Of a DNA stretch of 61,246 bases, positions 23,165 to 35,479 are shown in pieces; within the stretch, counting starts at the first letter, position 1, and every line of letters begins with the position of its first letter. Origin of the DNA: Chiloscyllium plagiosum. Its lineage: Eukaryota. Both the position numbers and the translations under genes were made by a program. The stretch lies in the NCBI RefSeq assembly GCF_004010195.1, contig NC_057719.1, positions 11,603,216 to 11,664,461 on the forward strand, given 5' to 3'. Below the pieces are notes generated by a model. It was not told where the DNA came from. It worked only from the letters and a program-made list of their open reading frames with translations, and did not search any database.

Positions 23165-24602
23165 AGCTAAAAACTTTGTGGACACTTTAAAATAGACGGA
23201 TTGGCCTGAAGAATATGGTTAATGTTTGTTCTCTTTTCTATCTTTCCCTTCCTTTTTTTTAATTCCGTTCTTTCTCCCTAATAATTTCTTTTTTGGAAAG
23301 GGGGGAAAAGACTTTGGAATAAGTTGTTTCTATTGTTTTAATAATGGGAAATTTTGTGGGTTTTCTTTGTTGTCTCTCCTTTTTTTTTGTTTGTTCTGTT
23401 TCTCTTTTAGTCACAAGTAAGGGTGACATGAAGCCGGGGATGGGTGGAGTGCTCATCCTGACTTTGTCTTTTTTTCTGTTGATTTAAGGATCATCTCCTA
23501 GCTTTTTTTTTCTGGCCTAAGGCTGGGGCACAGTCCGGGTTTGAAGGAACTGTGAAGGAAGGGATGGGTGGGGTGAGTGCCCGCTATGGGCAGGGAGAGC
23601 AGTCTTCCATTCAAGGTTCTATAGTTGGTTTTCTTTGTAGTTTTTTTGGTAGTAATATTTGTTTATAGTTATGATAGAGTAGTTTTTGTACATATAGTTT
23701 TTCGATTCTATGAGTCTCTATTTACTTATGCTCAGTGCTTTGTAAGCAGGGTTCTCCCTCTGAGGGGTTCAAGGGTGTCTGAAAGGGGATATGGCTAAGT
23801 GTCTTATTAAATGGTGCACCTGGAACATTAAGGGAAGTCATTCGCTTGTTAAAAAGAAAAAAAGTGCTTTCTAGCCTTAAGAGGGAAAGGGTGATCTCAC
23901 TTTGTTGCAGGAAACCCATCTTGATGATGGGGAACACCTGAAATTACAACAGGGGGGTTATAACCGGGTAATCTTTTCATCCTTTACTACTAAAAGTAGG
24001 GGAGTGGTGGTACATATCCAGAAAAATCTTCCGTTCACATTATTAGAGCAGGGACGGTTTGTGATACGTAAAGCCCTGATACATGGGGAGGAATATGGCA
24101 TTTTAAATGTCTACTGTCCTCCGGCGCATCCCCTCAAATCTTTGATTAGTGCTTTCTCTACGTTGAGTGCTTTTGGAACACGGCACATTATTATGGTGGG
24201 GGGAGATTTTAATTGTCTTTTGGATCCGACAGTGGACAGGATGCCTTGTGGGCCCCCAACTATTTCTTCGCAGGCCAAGCAGGTGGTTGACTTATGCGAG
24301 GAGTTGGGGCTGGTGGATATTTGGAGATGTCTTCACCCTACCACAGGGACTTCACCTTTTTTTCAAACCCACATAAATGTCACACGAGGATTGACCTCTT
24401 TCTGGCTCCCTCGGCCCTTCTGGATTCGATTGTGAATTGTAAAATTGGGAATATAGCTATCTCTGATCACGCGGCAGTATATTTGGGGGTTAAGGCCAAG
24501 AGTGAAGGGCTAGGTTTGCAGCACTGGCATTTAGACCCTTTTCTCCTTAAGGATTCCAAATTTGTAGAATACGTTTTGAAGGAGTTTCAGGAATTCTTGA
24601 CT

Positions 24603-25718
24603 AACTTGTCCTCACCCTTAACAATTTTTCCTTCGAATCCTCCCACTTCCTCCAGACCAAAGGGGTAGCCATGGGCACCCGTATGAGGCCCAGTTATGCC
24701 TGTCTCTTTGTTGGCTTTGTAAAACAGTCCATCTTCTGTAGTTACACCAGCACCACTCCCCACCTCTTCCTCCGCTACATTGATGACTGCATTGGCGTCA
24801 CCTCGTGCTCCCACGAGAAGGTTGAGCAATTCATTAACTGCACCAACACATTGTACCCTGAGCTTAAATTCACCTGGACCATCTCTGACACCTCCATCCC
24901 CTTCCTGGACCTCTTCATCTCCATTAATGATGACCGACTTGATACTGACATTTTACAAACCCACTGACTCCCACAGCTACCTGGGTTATATCTCTTCCCA
25001 CCCAACCTCCTGCAAAAATGCCATCCCATATTCCCAAATCCTCCACCTCCGCCGTATCTGCTCCCAGGAGGACCAGTTCCACGACAGAACATACCAGATG
25101 GCCTCCTTCTTTAGAGACTGCAATTTCCCTTCCCACGTGTTTAAAGATGCCTTCCAACACATCTCATCCACATCCCGCACCTCCGCCCTCAAATCCCAAC
25201 CCTCCAACCGTAACAAGGACAGAAACCCCCGGTCCTCACTTTCCACCCTACCAACCTTCGCATAAACCACATCATCCAACGACATTTCNNNNNNNNNNNN
25301 NNNNNNNNNNNNNNNNNNNNNNNNNNNNNNNNNNNNNNNNNNNNNNNNNNNNNNNNNNNNNNNNNNNNNNNNNNNNNNNNNNNNNNNNNNNNNNNNNNNN
25401 NNNNNNNNNNNNNNNNNNNNNNNNNNNNNNNNNNNNNNNNNNNNNNNNNNNNNNNNNNNNNNNNNNNNNNNNNNNNNNNNNNNNNNNNNNNNNNNNNNNN
25501 NNTTCTCCCCACCCCCACCCCAGGCCCTCTCATTTATCTCTCCACTCTGCAGGCACCCTGCCTCGATTCCTGATGAAGAGCTTTTGCCCGAAACTTCAAT
25601 TTCCCTGCTCCTCGGATGCTGCCTGACCAGCACCACTCTAATCTAGACTCTGGTTTCCAGCATCTGCAGTCCTTGTTTTTACCTATCAACTCCAGCATCT
25701 GCAGTCCTTGTTTTTACC
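24603..25718 (+). mobile_element. 5'-truncated PLE (family B): RT C-terminal half and pseudo-LTR, inserted in L1 ORF2
   Basis: KGVAMGTRM..SYACLF...RYIDD...LDL...KPT are PLE RT motifs; hammerhead-like CTGATGA...GAAA at ~25570-25593; the L1 frame rejoins as EFQEFLT|INSGTASS. Confidence 0.9.
25289..25502. other. Assembly gap (214 N)
   Basis: Run of N. Confidence 1.
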
Positions 25719-28700
25719 TATCAACTCAGGCACGGCTAGTAGTCCATCCATGCTATGGGAGACTGCTAAGGTCTTTGCTAGGAGATTAGCTATTTCCTAT
25801 TCGGCTAGCCGGAAACAACAGAAGGAGGAACAGCAGCGTCTACTTGAGATGCAGTTGAAAGCCGCGGATGTGGCACATTTTGCACGGCCTTCGGTGACTA
25901 AGCTATAGCGGATCATGGCCCTTCAGGCTGCCTTGAATTCAATACTGACACGAAACGCAAAGAAAGAATTTGCTTTTGCTAGACAGAGGCTGTTCAAATA
26001 TGGGGATAGGCTAGGGAAGTATTTAGCGTACCTGACTAGGAAAAAGCGTGCTCCCCAATCTATTACTGCAATCAGAGACAGTGCTGGGGTCCTTACATAC
26101 GCTGCTAAAAAGATTAATGAGGCTTTTCGGAGCTTTTACTCTGAATTGTATCGGTCTGAAGGTTGCGAGGACAGGACGGCTAAAATGGAGACCTTTTTTA
26201 AGAACCTGGACCTCTCAGGGGTAACCTTGGAACAGGCCTCTCTCCTTAATGCCCCCTTGACAGTTCAGGAAATACAGGAGGCAGCTGGGCAACTTCAGAG
26301 TGTGAAAACTCCTGACCCTGATGGTCTTCCGGGTGAGTTTAATAAGGAGTTTATAGGGATTCTGTCAGGGCCGATGTTGGAGATGTACAGTCACTCCTAT
26401 GTGCATGAATACTTACCACCATCTTTGAGAGAAGCTAATATTTCATTAATTCTTAAGAAGGGGAGGGTTCCTGAGGATTGTGCCTCATACAGGCCCATCT
26501 CTCTATTAAATCCAGATTTCAAGATTCTGTCCAAGATCCTGGCGCTGAGGTTGGAAAGGGTGTTGCCCCATTTTATTAAAGAGGGCCAGACAGGCTTTAT
26601 AAGGGGCCATAGGTCCTCTAATAATATTAGAAGGTTGCTGAATGTGGTCCAAGTTTGTCAGCAACGATCGATTCAGGGGTTGGTGATTTCCTTAGATGCA
26701 GAGAAAGCATTTGACCGGGTGGAATGGCTGTATCTTTTTTATGTCTTAGAGCAGTTTGGGATAGGTAGAGTCTTTGCTAGGTGGGTGGAGGTTTTATATC
26801 ACCACCCTCTGGCCGCGGTCATCACGAACGGGGTGAAGTCTGGGAATTTTACGATTGGTAGGGGTAGTCGACAAGGCTGCCCCCTCTCACCGTTGTTGTT
26901 TACATTGGTGATAGAGCCGCTGGCAGACGCCATTCGTCAGAACATCCACATAACCGCTCCGGAATTGGGATCAAGGGCACACAAGATTATACTGTATGCG
27001 GATGATGTCCTTCTGTTTTTATAAAACCCGATGACCTTCATACCCCATTTGATACAATGTATCAATTCATTTGGGGCTATTTCAGGATATAAGATTAACT
27101 TTGCAAAATTGGAGGCTATGCCTTTGGGGAACTTTAAGGATGTGCCAGAATTTGAAGGTGGCTCTAAGTTCCATTTTAAGCCGTCACGGGCAGGGTTCCG
27201 ATACCTAGGCATTTTTAATACTCCCAAGTTTGATCTGTTATTTCTGACTAACTTTGCTCACTTGCTTGACAATATTAAGCGAGATCTCCAGAGATCGGAG
27301 CCTCTTCCAATTTCATGGCTGGGCCGAATATCTCTCATTAAGATGAATGCTCTTTCTTGTTTGTTTTATCCCATGCGTATGCTCCCTATAATGTTTCCCA
27401 GGTCAACGCTGCAGAAGCTTATGGAGTGTTTGGTTCCTTTGTCTAGCAAGATGAGTGGCCCCCCATCAAACTTACTAAATTGCAGTTGCCTCAAGGAGGG
27501 GGAGGAGTTGATTTCCCAGACATCAGAAGGTATCAATTGAGTTCCCTGCTGTCCTTTGTCTGTGATTAGATTGGTAATGATCCAAACTCAATATGGCTGG
27601 ATATTGAGGCCTCCCAAGCAAAGTACCCTCTTATTAACCTGTTGTTCATGGACAGTTATGGACCACTGCTGGAGCCCCATTGTCATTAGTACAGTCAAGG
27701 CATGGAGGGCGATGCATCAGAGTGAGGGTTGTTTATCCAAGACTTCGCCACTTACACCTATAGTTGGCATGCCAGGTTTCCGACCAGGGATGATGAACTC
27801 CGGTTTCAAACTGTAGGCAGCGAGAGGAGTTTCTAGTTTGGGAGACTTGTTTGAGGGGGAGGTTATGATGTCTTTTGAGCAACTGAGCTTCAAATATGGG
27901 TTACCCAGCAGAGATCTTTTCCATTTTTTTCATGTTAGGGATTTCATCCAGAAGAAGACTATGCTTCTCACTAAGCCCTATAAGCCCGATACAGAGAGGT
28001 TGTTGCTACGTTCCACAAGCACCCTTTCGGTTAGTGCCCTCTATCGCCTGCTGGGTGGCAGGGCCTGGCAGGATATTAACCGGTTATGTGAGGTCTGGGA
28101 GCAAGAGCTAAGAGTGGAGATCTCTTCTGAAACATGGGAGAACATATGGGAGAATACTCAAAAGATCTCAATATGTAATAAGGCATGCGCTACGCAGTTA
28201 AAAGTTCTGCATAAGGCTCCTCTGGCACCAGACCGTCTGGTGAAGTTTAAAAAAGGGGCGTCTCCAGTGTGCCCCAAATGTAAAATAAGTGTAGGTACTC
28301 TTACCCATTGCTTCTGGACATGCCACAAGGCTCCGTGTTTATTGGAGCGCTGTGGCGGGAGAAATAGGGAGGGTATTGAGGACTGAAGTCAAAGTAGACC
28401 CGATATCTCTCCTCTTATGTCTACCGAATTTACCATCTTTAGACAGGTATGAGACGGGTACTTAATATTCTTGCACACTGTGCACGGAAGAATATTCTGA
28501 TGAATTGGGTGTCTGAGAACCCGCAGGGCTTGCTGGGATGGCAGAAATTAATTATGGAGCACATTCCCTTGGATTTTTTTACAAACATGGTGCGCCACAC
28601 AACAGACCATTTTTATAAGACATGGCAGCCATACTTGAGTTATTTGGAAACAGATTTGTCAGTTATCTTAACTAGGGCATTTGTTTACCAGGATGGTTAG

Positions 28701-29709
28701 ATTTGTCAAGCCCTGGGCCCTGGAGGGGGTCTCCTGAGTTAATACGGGTATATATGCAATGCTCCTGTTCCTCTGTTTGGGAGCTTTGTGTTGAGCATAG
28801 CTGTTCTGTATTCTGTGTTTTTTTTTGCTTTTCTTTCTTTTTTTAGTGTTGTTTTGCACAGTGTTAGGGTTTGTTTTGTGTAAGAGGGTAGGTTAGTAGT
28901 TAGACAGTAGTTGTATTGTTTTTGTGTTTGTTTTCTTTTTATTATACTGATATTTGTTATTGATTGTATTTTTCAATAAGTTCATATGTTTGTAAAGTTT
29001 AAAAAAATTTGCTAATAAATATATTTACGAAAAAAAAGGTTAGTGAAGTAACTTTTATACCTTGGCCAGCGAAAGTACACATGTCATGCTGCTTAAGTTT
29101 GATCTATTCCTACCATGTCTTGCCGTTGGATTTTCATATGCTACTTTCAATTCCTTCTTACAATACCTGGGCAATTACTTTTTATGAACAACTGTAGATT
29201 TGTCATCCTCAGGTCTTCAAGATGTAGAATTTGGAAGTGGGAGACGTACTTTACCAATCACTCAGGATAATGTGTGTGGAATCTGTGCTCCCCCATCAGG
29301 CCAGTCTGATGCACTGAGCTGCTGGCATCAATTTGCCTGGCTGCCTCCTGGCAGTCAACTCAATTGCAATGTCCTGACCCCTCAATGTCAAAGAGGTGAA
29401 AAAGTTACTCCAAAACTGACATTTCATCTTTTTACAAGTACTTTTAATCTATGCCCCGTAGCATCATGGCGATATATCAAACCCCAGATCACCTCGGGTA
29501 TACTGAACTTTTAATTACAACGTGTTTTTTTTCTTTCATAAAAGTTACAGCCAAAAGATGACTGCAAATGTAAATTCAGTCAGTGTTTGGAGAGAAACTC
29601 TGAAATATCTCACCTATATGGAGTCAGGGAGCATTCAAACAAAAAGACTAAACAATAAACGATAAAGTTACCCTAGCTCTTCTGGATCTTCAGAGCAAGA
29701 TAACTAGTA

Positions 29710-29853
29710 ATAGTTTACCTGAGGGTCACCACATCTCAGGCAAGTGGAGAGGTTGGAAAAGAGAGTCCTTCATGGTAACCTTAGTTGTGTGAGAATTGAA
29801 CCCACACTGTTGGTATCATTCTGCAAACCAGCCATCCAGCCAATATAGCTAAC
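29710..29853 (-). mobile_element. tRNA-derived SINE fragment (not HE1)
   Basis: Minus strand GTTAGCTATATTGGCTGGATGG...GGGTTCAATTCT has A/B-box spacing. Confidence 0.6.
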
Positions 29854-29939
29854 AAACAGTGCCTACTAAACAATAAACAATAATGCGGTTGACTCGCCAA
29901 CCACCCCCCTCAGCAGAAAGACATTACATAGTTCTTTGG

Positions 29940-30585
29940 AAGTTGTGTCACATGTAGACAGGGTGGTTAAGAAGGCATTTAGCATGCTTGCCTTCATTGC
30001 TCAGACCATTGAGTACTGAAGTTGGGATGTCATGTTGAAGTTGTAAAGAATGTTGGTGAGGCCATTATTGGAGAATTGTGTACAGTTCTGGTTGCTCTGC
30101 AATAGGAAGGGTTTAATGAAATTGGAAAGGGTTCAGAAAAGATTTACAAGCATGTCACCAGGATTGGAGAGTATGGATTGGCTGAGACTTTTCTCACTGG
30201 AACATAGAAGGCTGAGGGCTGACCTTATAGAGGTTTATAAAATCATGAGGGACATACATAAGCTGAATAGCAAACATCTTTTTTCCTAGAGGGGAGGAGT
30301 TCAAAACTTGGGGATATGTTTTTAAGGTAAGATGAGAAAGATTTAAAAAGGACCAGAGGGCCAACATTTTCACACAGAGGGTGGTTCATGTGTGGAATGA
30401 ACTGTCTGAGGAAATGGTAGATACAGGTACAGTTACAACATTTAAAAGAGATTTAGACTGGTATGTGAATAGGAAAGGTTTAGAGGAATATAGCCAAACA
30501 CAAGCAAGCGGGACTAGTTTGGTTTGGGAAACTTGGTTGGCACAGATGAGTTGGACCAACAGGTCTGTTTCCGTGCTGTGTGACT
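29940..30585 (+). mobile_element. CR1 LINE 3' fragment
   Basis: LVRPLLENCVQFW...LERVQKRFT; WNELSEE. Confidence 0.92.
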
Positions 30586-30697
30586 GCAGACACATTTTTG
30601 TTTTACCCTTCCTCGGATATTCAAAAAAACAGGCTTTAAAGTAAGCTTCAGTCCTAGTCTGTGTGCATGTTAGTGGCCTGATGTCCTAGCTGTGAAG

Positions 30698-31007
30698 ATT
30701 AGATTAGATTACATCACAGTGTGGAAACAGGCCCTTTGTCCCAACAAGTCCACACTGACCCACCAAAGCACAACCCACCCATACATTTACCCCTTACCTA
30801 ACACTACAGGCAATTTAGCATGGCCAATTCACCTGACCTGCACATCTTTGGATTGTGGGAGGAAACCGGAGCACCCAGAGGAAACCCACACAGACACGGG
30901 GAGAACGTGCAAACTCCACACAGTCAGTCACCTGAGGTGGGAATTGAACCCGGGTCTCCGGCGCTGTGAGGCAGCAGTGCTAACCACTCTGCCACCGTGT
31001 CACCCAC
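30698..31007 (-). mobile_element. HE1-type V-SINE (well preserved)
   Basis: Complete head, V-domain and (ATTAG)n tail. Confidence 0.92.
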
Positions 31008-31559
31008 AAGGTCACAGCTTTAAGAATAACCATTCAACACATTTGTGCTGCTGGTAAAAGAAGTTAAAATCATCTGAGTGTTGTCAATCAGCCACTGTCA
31101 AACTAGGCAAAAGAATTTCAAACAATCTGCAAAGCCAAGAATCTCAAAGTTGACTTTAAACTGCCCATGTCAATGCTAGCAGTATTATCCACTTTAACAA
31201 TTGCAATTTTCTACTATCTACTCTTCAGAAATGACTCAGAGACAGATCCATTTTTGTTTAACTTCATCTTTTGTTTTGGATTCACTTCTTATTCCTAATC
31301 CTTGTAAATGTGTGCTGCATTGTTGTTTTTTCTTGTGGTTAGTAGCTGATAAACTTACTCCTTCATTAATTCAAGAAATCATGATTATTTTAGTGTTTTT
31401 AAAATATAAATTCATGAGGTCTGGGAGAAAGACATCAGCAGGAAAGGGATTCTTTGTAAATTAACACTTTAAATTTTAATTTAAAGTCCCGACTATCCAA
31501 TCATTTTTCAGAGCCAAAATTCTCCATTTCTGGAAACATCCTCATAAATGTCCTTTATC

Positions 31560-31995
31560 TCCTTTCTGTAATGCAATGATCTTAATACAAGATAGTATTC
31601 TAGCTGTGCTCCAACTTGTGGTTTAATTCAGCATACCTTCCCTGTTCTCCAGGCCTTGACCATTTAAGGAAAGCATGCCAAATGTCTTCTTAACTGCCTA
31701 TCCACTGCTACATTCAGGTTTCAGCAGACATATGCTCCATGATATGCCTACACTTTTCACTATCCTTCTATTTAATGTGTAGTTCCTTGTTGTGTTTGAT
31801 TTCTTATGTGTAGCCCCACACTTTTCAGAATCAAACTCCAATTGACACTCTCCTACCAATCTCACCACTTCATTGATATTTTCCTGCAGTCTACAGCTTC
31901 TATCTCACTATCAATCATGTAGCCAATTTTCAAATGATCTGAAAATGTCTTAATAAAGCCTCCAATATTTCAGTTTAAATCATTGATGTATATTA
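31560..31995 (-). mobile_element. Old CR1-clade RT fragment
   Basis: Degenerate ...AAATGATCTGAAAATGT...TAAATCATTGATGTATA is the reverse complement of the YIND...FADD region. Confidence 0.55.
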
Positions 31996-32324
31996 AATGC
32001 AATCTGCAAAGGACAACACGAAACAACAAGCCCAATGTAATTACACAAGAGACAATAGGCATTCCAGCTAAGGAAGATAAATGTGTGTGACATTGGATGT
32101 GTCAGAAGGGATTTGCTGTCAAATTGTCCATATCAATATGTTTTAAATGAAAAGAACTGTGTCTTTTCTTAGCTTTCTTTTACAGCAAGCATCAGGTTCC
32201 CACCCTCATTGGCTTCAGACGTGATGCTGAAGAACTGGAGCATTGCTAATTTTATACTGTTGCTTTCAGTGGGTGGAAGTAGCTATTAAAGGTCATCCAT
32301 TCTAAACTTGGTGCTGGGAATATA

Positions 32325-32637
32325 GAATGTCTACAGTGAAAGTTGGCCATTTAGCCCATCTATCCCACATTGACCCTCCAAAGTGCATCCTACCCAGGAC
32401 CCCACATCCATCACCCTGTATTACCCATAGCTAATCCACCTAGCTGACACAGTCTGGACACTATCACCAATTCAGCATGGCCAATTCACCTAACCTGCAT
32501 ATCTTTGGACTGTGGGAGGAAACCGGAGCACTCAGAGGAAACCCACACAGACACGAGGAGAACTCCACATAGACTGAGGGTGAAATTGAGCCCAGGTTCC
32601 TGGCCCTGTGAGGCAACAGTGTTAACCACTGAACCAT
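32325..32637 (-). mobile_element. HE1-type V-SINE
   Basis: V-domain and tRNA head, reverse complement. Confidence 0.88.
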
Positions 32638-32689
32638 CTATTACTATAAAAGATTCTGAAAGGCAGTATAAATCCTCATTTTGAGTGAC

Positions 32690-33760
32690 TTAAACTAATG
32701 GGGAAAAGTCAGCATGGATTTGATAAATAAAGTAATATCTGAATAACTGGAACTAATTTTTGAAGAGATTTAAAGGACTTGATGCAGGTGGGTTTATTGA
32801 TGTTGTCTGTATAGATTTTAGTGAGGTTTTTGACAAGGTTCCATATGGCAGTCTAATCAGTAAATTAAAATATCGTAGCATCCAAGGGTAAGTGTTAAGT
32901 TGGATTTAAAATTGCCTCAGAAGCAGGAAGCAAATGGTAATTCAAACATGCAAATTTGTAGCAGGAGCAGCTACTTTCCCCCTCAAGCCTGCTCTGTTTT
33001 TCAATATCGTTACAGTTGATCTGATGATTCCACATTTCTGCATACCCCCCAGTGGTTTTTCACCCTCTTGTTTATCGAAAATCTATCTGCCTGCTTCAAA
33101 AATATTCAAAGTCTCTCCTCTGCCTTTTGAGGAATAGGACTTAGCTTCAAACATAGAGAGGTTTATAAAATCAGGATAGATTTATAAATCAGCAGAGATA
33201 ATAACAAATGTATTTTCCTTCGGAGAAAGTTCAAAAAAGATGTGAGGAGCAAGTTTTTTTACATAAAGTGGTAGCAGTCTGGAACGCATTGCTGTGGTGG
33301 TGGTGGAGACAGATACAATAGAGGCATTGAAGGGACTTTTAGATAAGCACATGAATATGCAAGGAATGGAGGGATATGGACCAAGGGCAGGCAGAAGGGA
33401 TTCATTTAATTTAGCATCATGTTCAGCACAACATCATGGGTCAAAGGGCCCGTTCCTGTGCTGTATTGTTCTATATTCTATGTTCTAGGGTGGGGCAGTT
33501 CAAAACTACAGGGCATATTTATTTAAGATAAGCAGAGAAGAATTTAAAAGGGACCTGAGGGGCAACTTTTTCACACAGAGAGTGGCTGGTATGTGGAATG
33601 AACTGCCAGAGGAAGCAGTAGATGCAGGTACAGTTACGATTAAAAGACATTAGGATAGGTACATGAAAAGGAAACATTTAGATGGAAATGGGCCAAACAC
33701 GGGCAAGTGGGAAACTTGGTCAGCATAGACTAGTTGGATTGAAGGGTCTGTTTCTGACTC
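32690..33760. mobile_element. Cluster of CR1 fragments (RT core +, 3' end -, and a 3' end nested in another 3' end +)
   Basis: QHGF...DVVCIDFSEVFDKVP at 32710-32850; CR1 tails at ~32945, ~33485 and ~33760. Confidence 0.75.
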
Positions 33761-34711
33761 TGGGACCTTGCTAGATGTAGCTAGCTCAGGGAACATAGTA
33801 CTGAGAACACTACCAGTTGCTCTTCCAGAAGGCAATCAAGAGGACATCCACAAAATTGCCTGTGCTTTACAGACTACACCCAAGTGAAAATGGAAAAACA
33901 AAGTTTGAAAAACATTGATCGAACAAAACAGTCATAAAACCCAGTCATTAAAACAGTCAGGTATTTTCCATGAAGTGAGTTCAAGCAACCAGTAAGTGTC
34001 TTCGACTATTTGGTTTCTATTGTTAAAAATAAGAATTCTTTTCACTGAAGTTTTGAAAAAAATCTAGGTATCTTCATAATCTTTCAAATTCAAATCCACA
34101 AAAAAAATTAATAACAAAAATCATAACACTATCTAGTTGTGGCACCGCCAACAATTCAAAGGTAACAATTAGGTCTTGAAATCTTGATTAAGATGGAATT
34201 CAAATTTGGCTTGAAGATGTACACTGTATTAAGAGAAGATTGAAGCTATGTAGGAAATACAGGAAGATGCATGAACAAAGAAGACATGTTATCGCTGCAA
34301 ATTATTACAACACAGCCTGCAGAAATGTTTAATATTATCTTCTTGCACATGGGTATACACCAGCAGGTGGCAACGGATTACCATTTCTCACCTACCCAGT
34401 AGCTTCGATTGAAAGTCAACAAGGAGCTCAGACAAAAATATCAATGCTTCACAATAACCCTTTGGTCATGTGGTCACGTTCCTGAAACCCTAACAAATAT
34501 CATAGGAGACTAAGTCTGATTAAGTAATAATTGGAATTCAGTTCTTTTTTAAAAAGTGGAAGAATGTGTCAATAAATTGTTCTTGAAGCTGTCAGAGATT
34601 GATAGAACTAAAACACAACAGCTGCATTAATGTTCCTTGGAGAAAGAAAGCCGGCCATTCTTCCCTGCTCTGGCTTGCAGTGCTGGATCTCAGAAGGAAT
34701 ATGCATTTAAA

Positions 34712-34920
34712 TCATAGAATCATAGAATCCCTACAGGGGTGTGGAAACAGGCCATTTGGCCCAGCAAGTCCGCACCGACCCTCTGAAGAGTATCACACCC
34801 AGACTCATTCCTCTATCCTCTAGTCTACATTTCCCTTGACTAATGCAACTAACCCACACGTCCCTGAACACTAACTATGGGCAATTTAGCATGACCAATT
34901 CACCTAACCTGCACATCTTT
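34712..34920 (-). mobile_element. HE1 SINE 3' part
   Basis: CATAGAAT tail, GGAAACAGGCCATTTGGCCC, start of V-domain. Confidence 0.8.
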
Positions 34921-35479
34921 TACAGTGTTTTTTACAGCCTCAGGATTTGCTAAAGTTGATCCAATCATAGAAATATTTTAGAAGCTGTCCTTTAAAGTCA
35001 CCATTGGCATTGGTCAAATGGGCAGTAAATATCAGCAGGGTCCAAATCCTAAAAAGGAAAATAAGTCCCAAAGTTCTTTTCTGGTTTCAGATTTTAAGCA
35101 GCGTTTATTTTGTGTTTTATTCCTCCCTCCAATTGTGCAAGGGTCTGTCCAAATCGCCACTGCCTTAAAACAGACAAACTAAGCAACTCCCACAAAGTGA
35201 CCAGTTCCCATTGCTCAGTGTTGCTGGTCAGCAGGATTTTGTCTTTCTTTGTCTAACTTCTCTCCCCTCAGTGTCCAATCAAAACGGATAACACACAGCT
35301 GAGAAGCTGGTTCTCCCACTCAATGTTGATCCGGAACCCGCCACTCCACTCAGCCACACTCTTACCCAAACGGAGCTGCTCCCTCCTGGCCTTCAAACTT
35401 GCGGCAAAATTTGTTTTGAATTCACAAGGGGCAGAAATATGTTTGAGAATTTACTCCACATTTTTCACAAGAACACAGA

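Larger units (their letters stand above)
23791..28700 (+). pseudogene. L1 ORF2p (APE endonuclease, RT, CCHC), disrupted by stops, frameshifts and a PLE insertion
   Basis: WNIKG, LQETHL, GGDFN, SDH; RT YRPISLLN, QGCPLSP, YADD; CPKC...HCFWTC. Confidence 0.92.
22246..29038 (+). mobile_element. Full-length, inactivated L1-clade LINE
   Basis: 5' UTR, ORF1, ~620-bp T-rich spacer, ORF2, GT-rich 3' UTR, AATAAA and A tail; TSD core GTTAGTGA (22238-22245 and 29039-29046). Confidence 0.92.

Noticed and set aside
24986..25636. ORFs containing X runs
   Set aside because: They span the assembly gap.
25915..27024. 369-aa RT ORF as an active gene
   Set aside because: It is a fragment of L1 ORF2 bounded by premature stops and ends right after YADD.
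34190..34332. Short basic open frame DGIQIWLEDVHCIKRRLKLCRKYRK...
   Set aside because: It is under 50 codons, with no convincing splice sites or recognisable homology.
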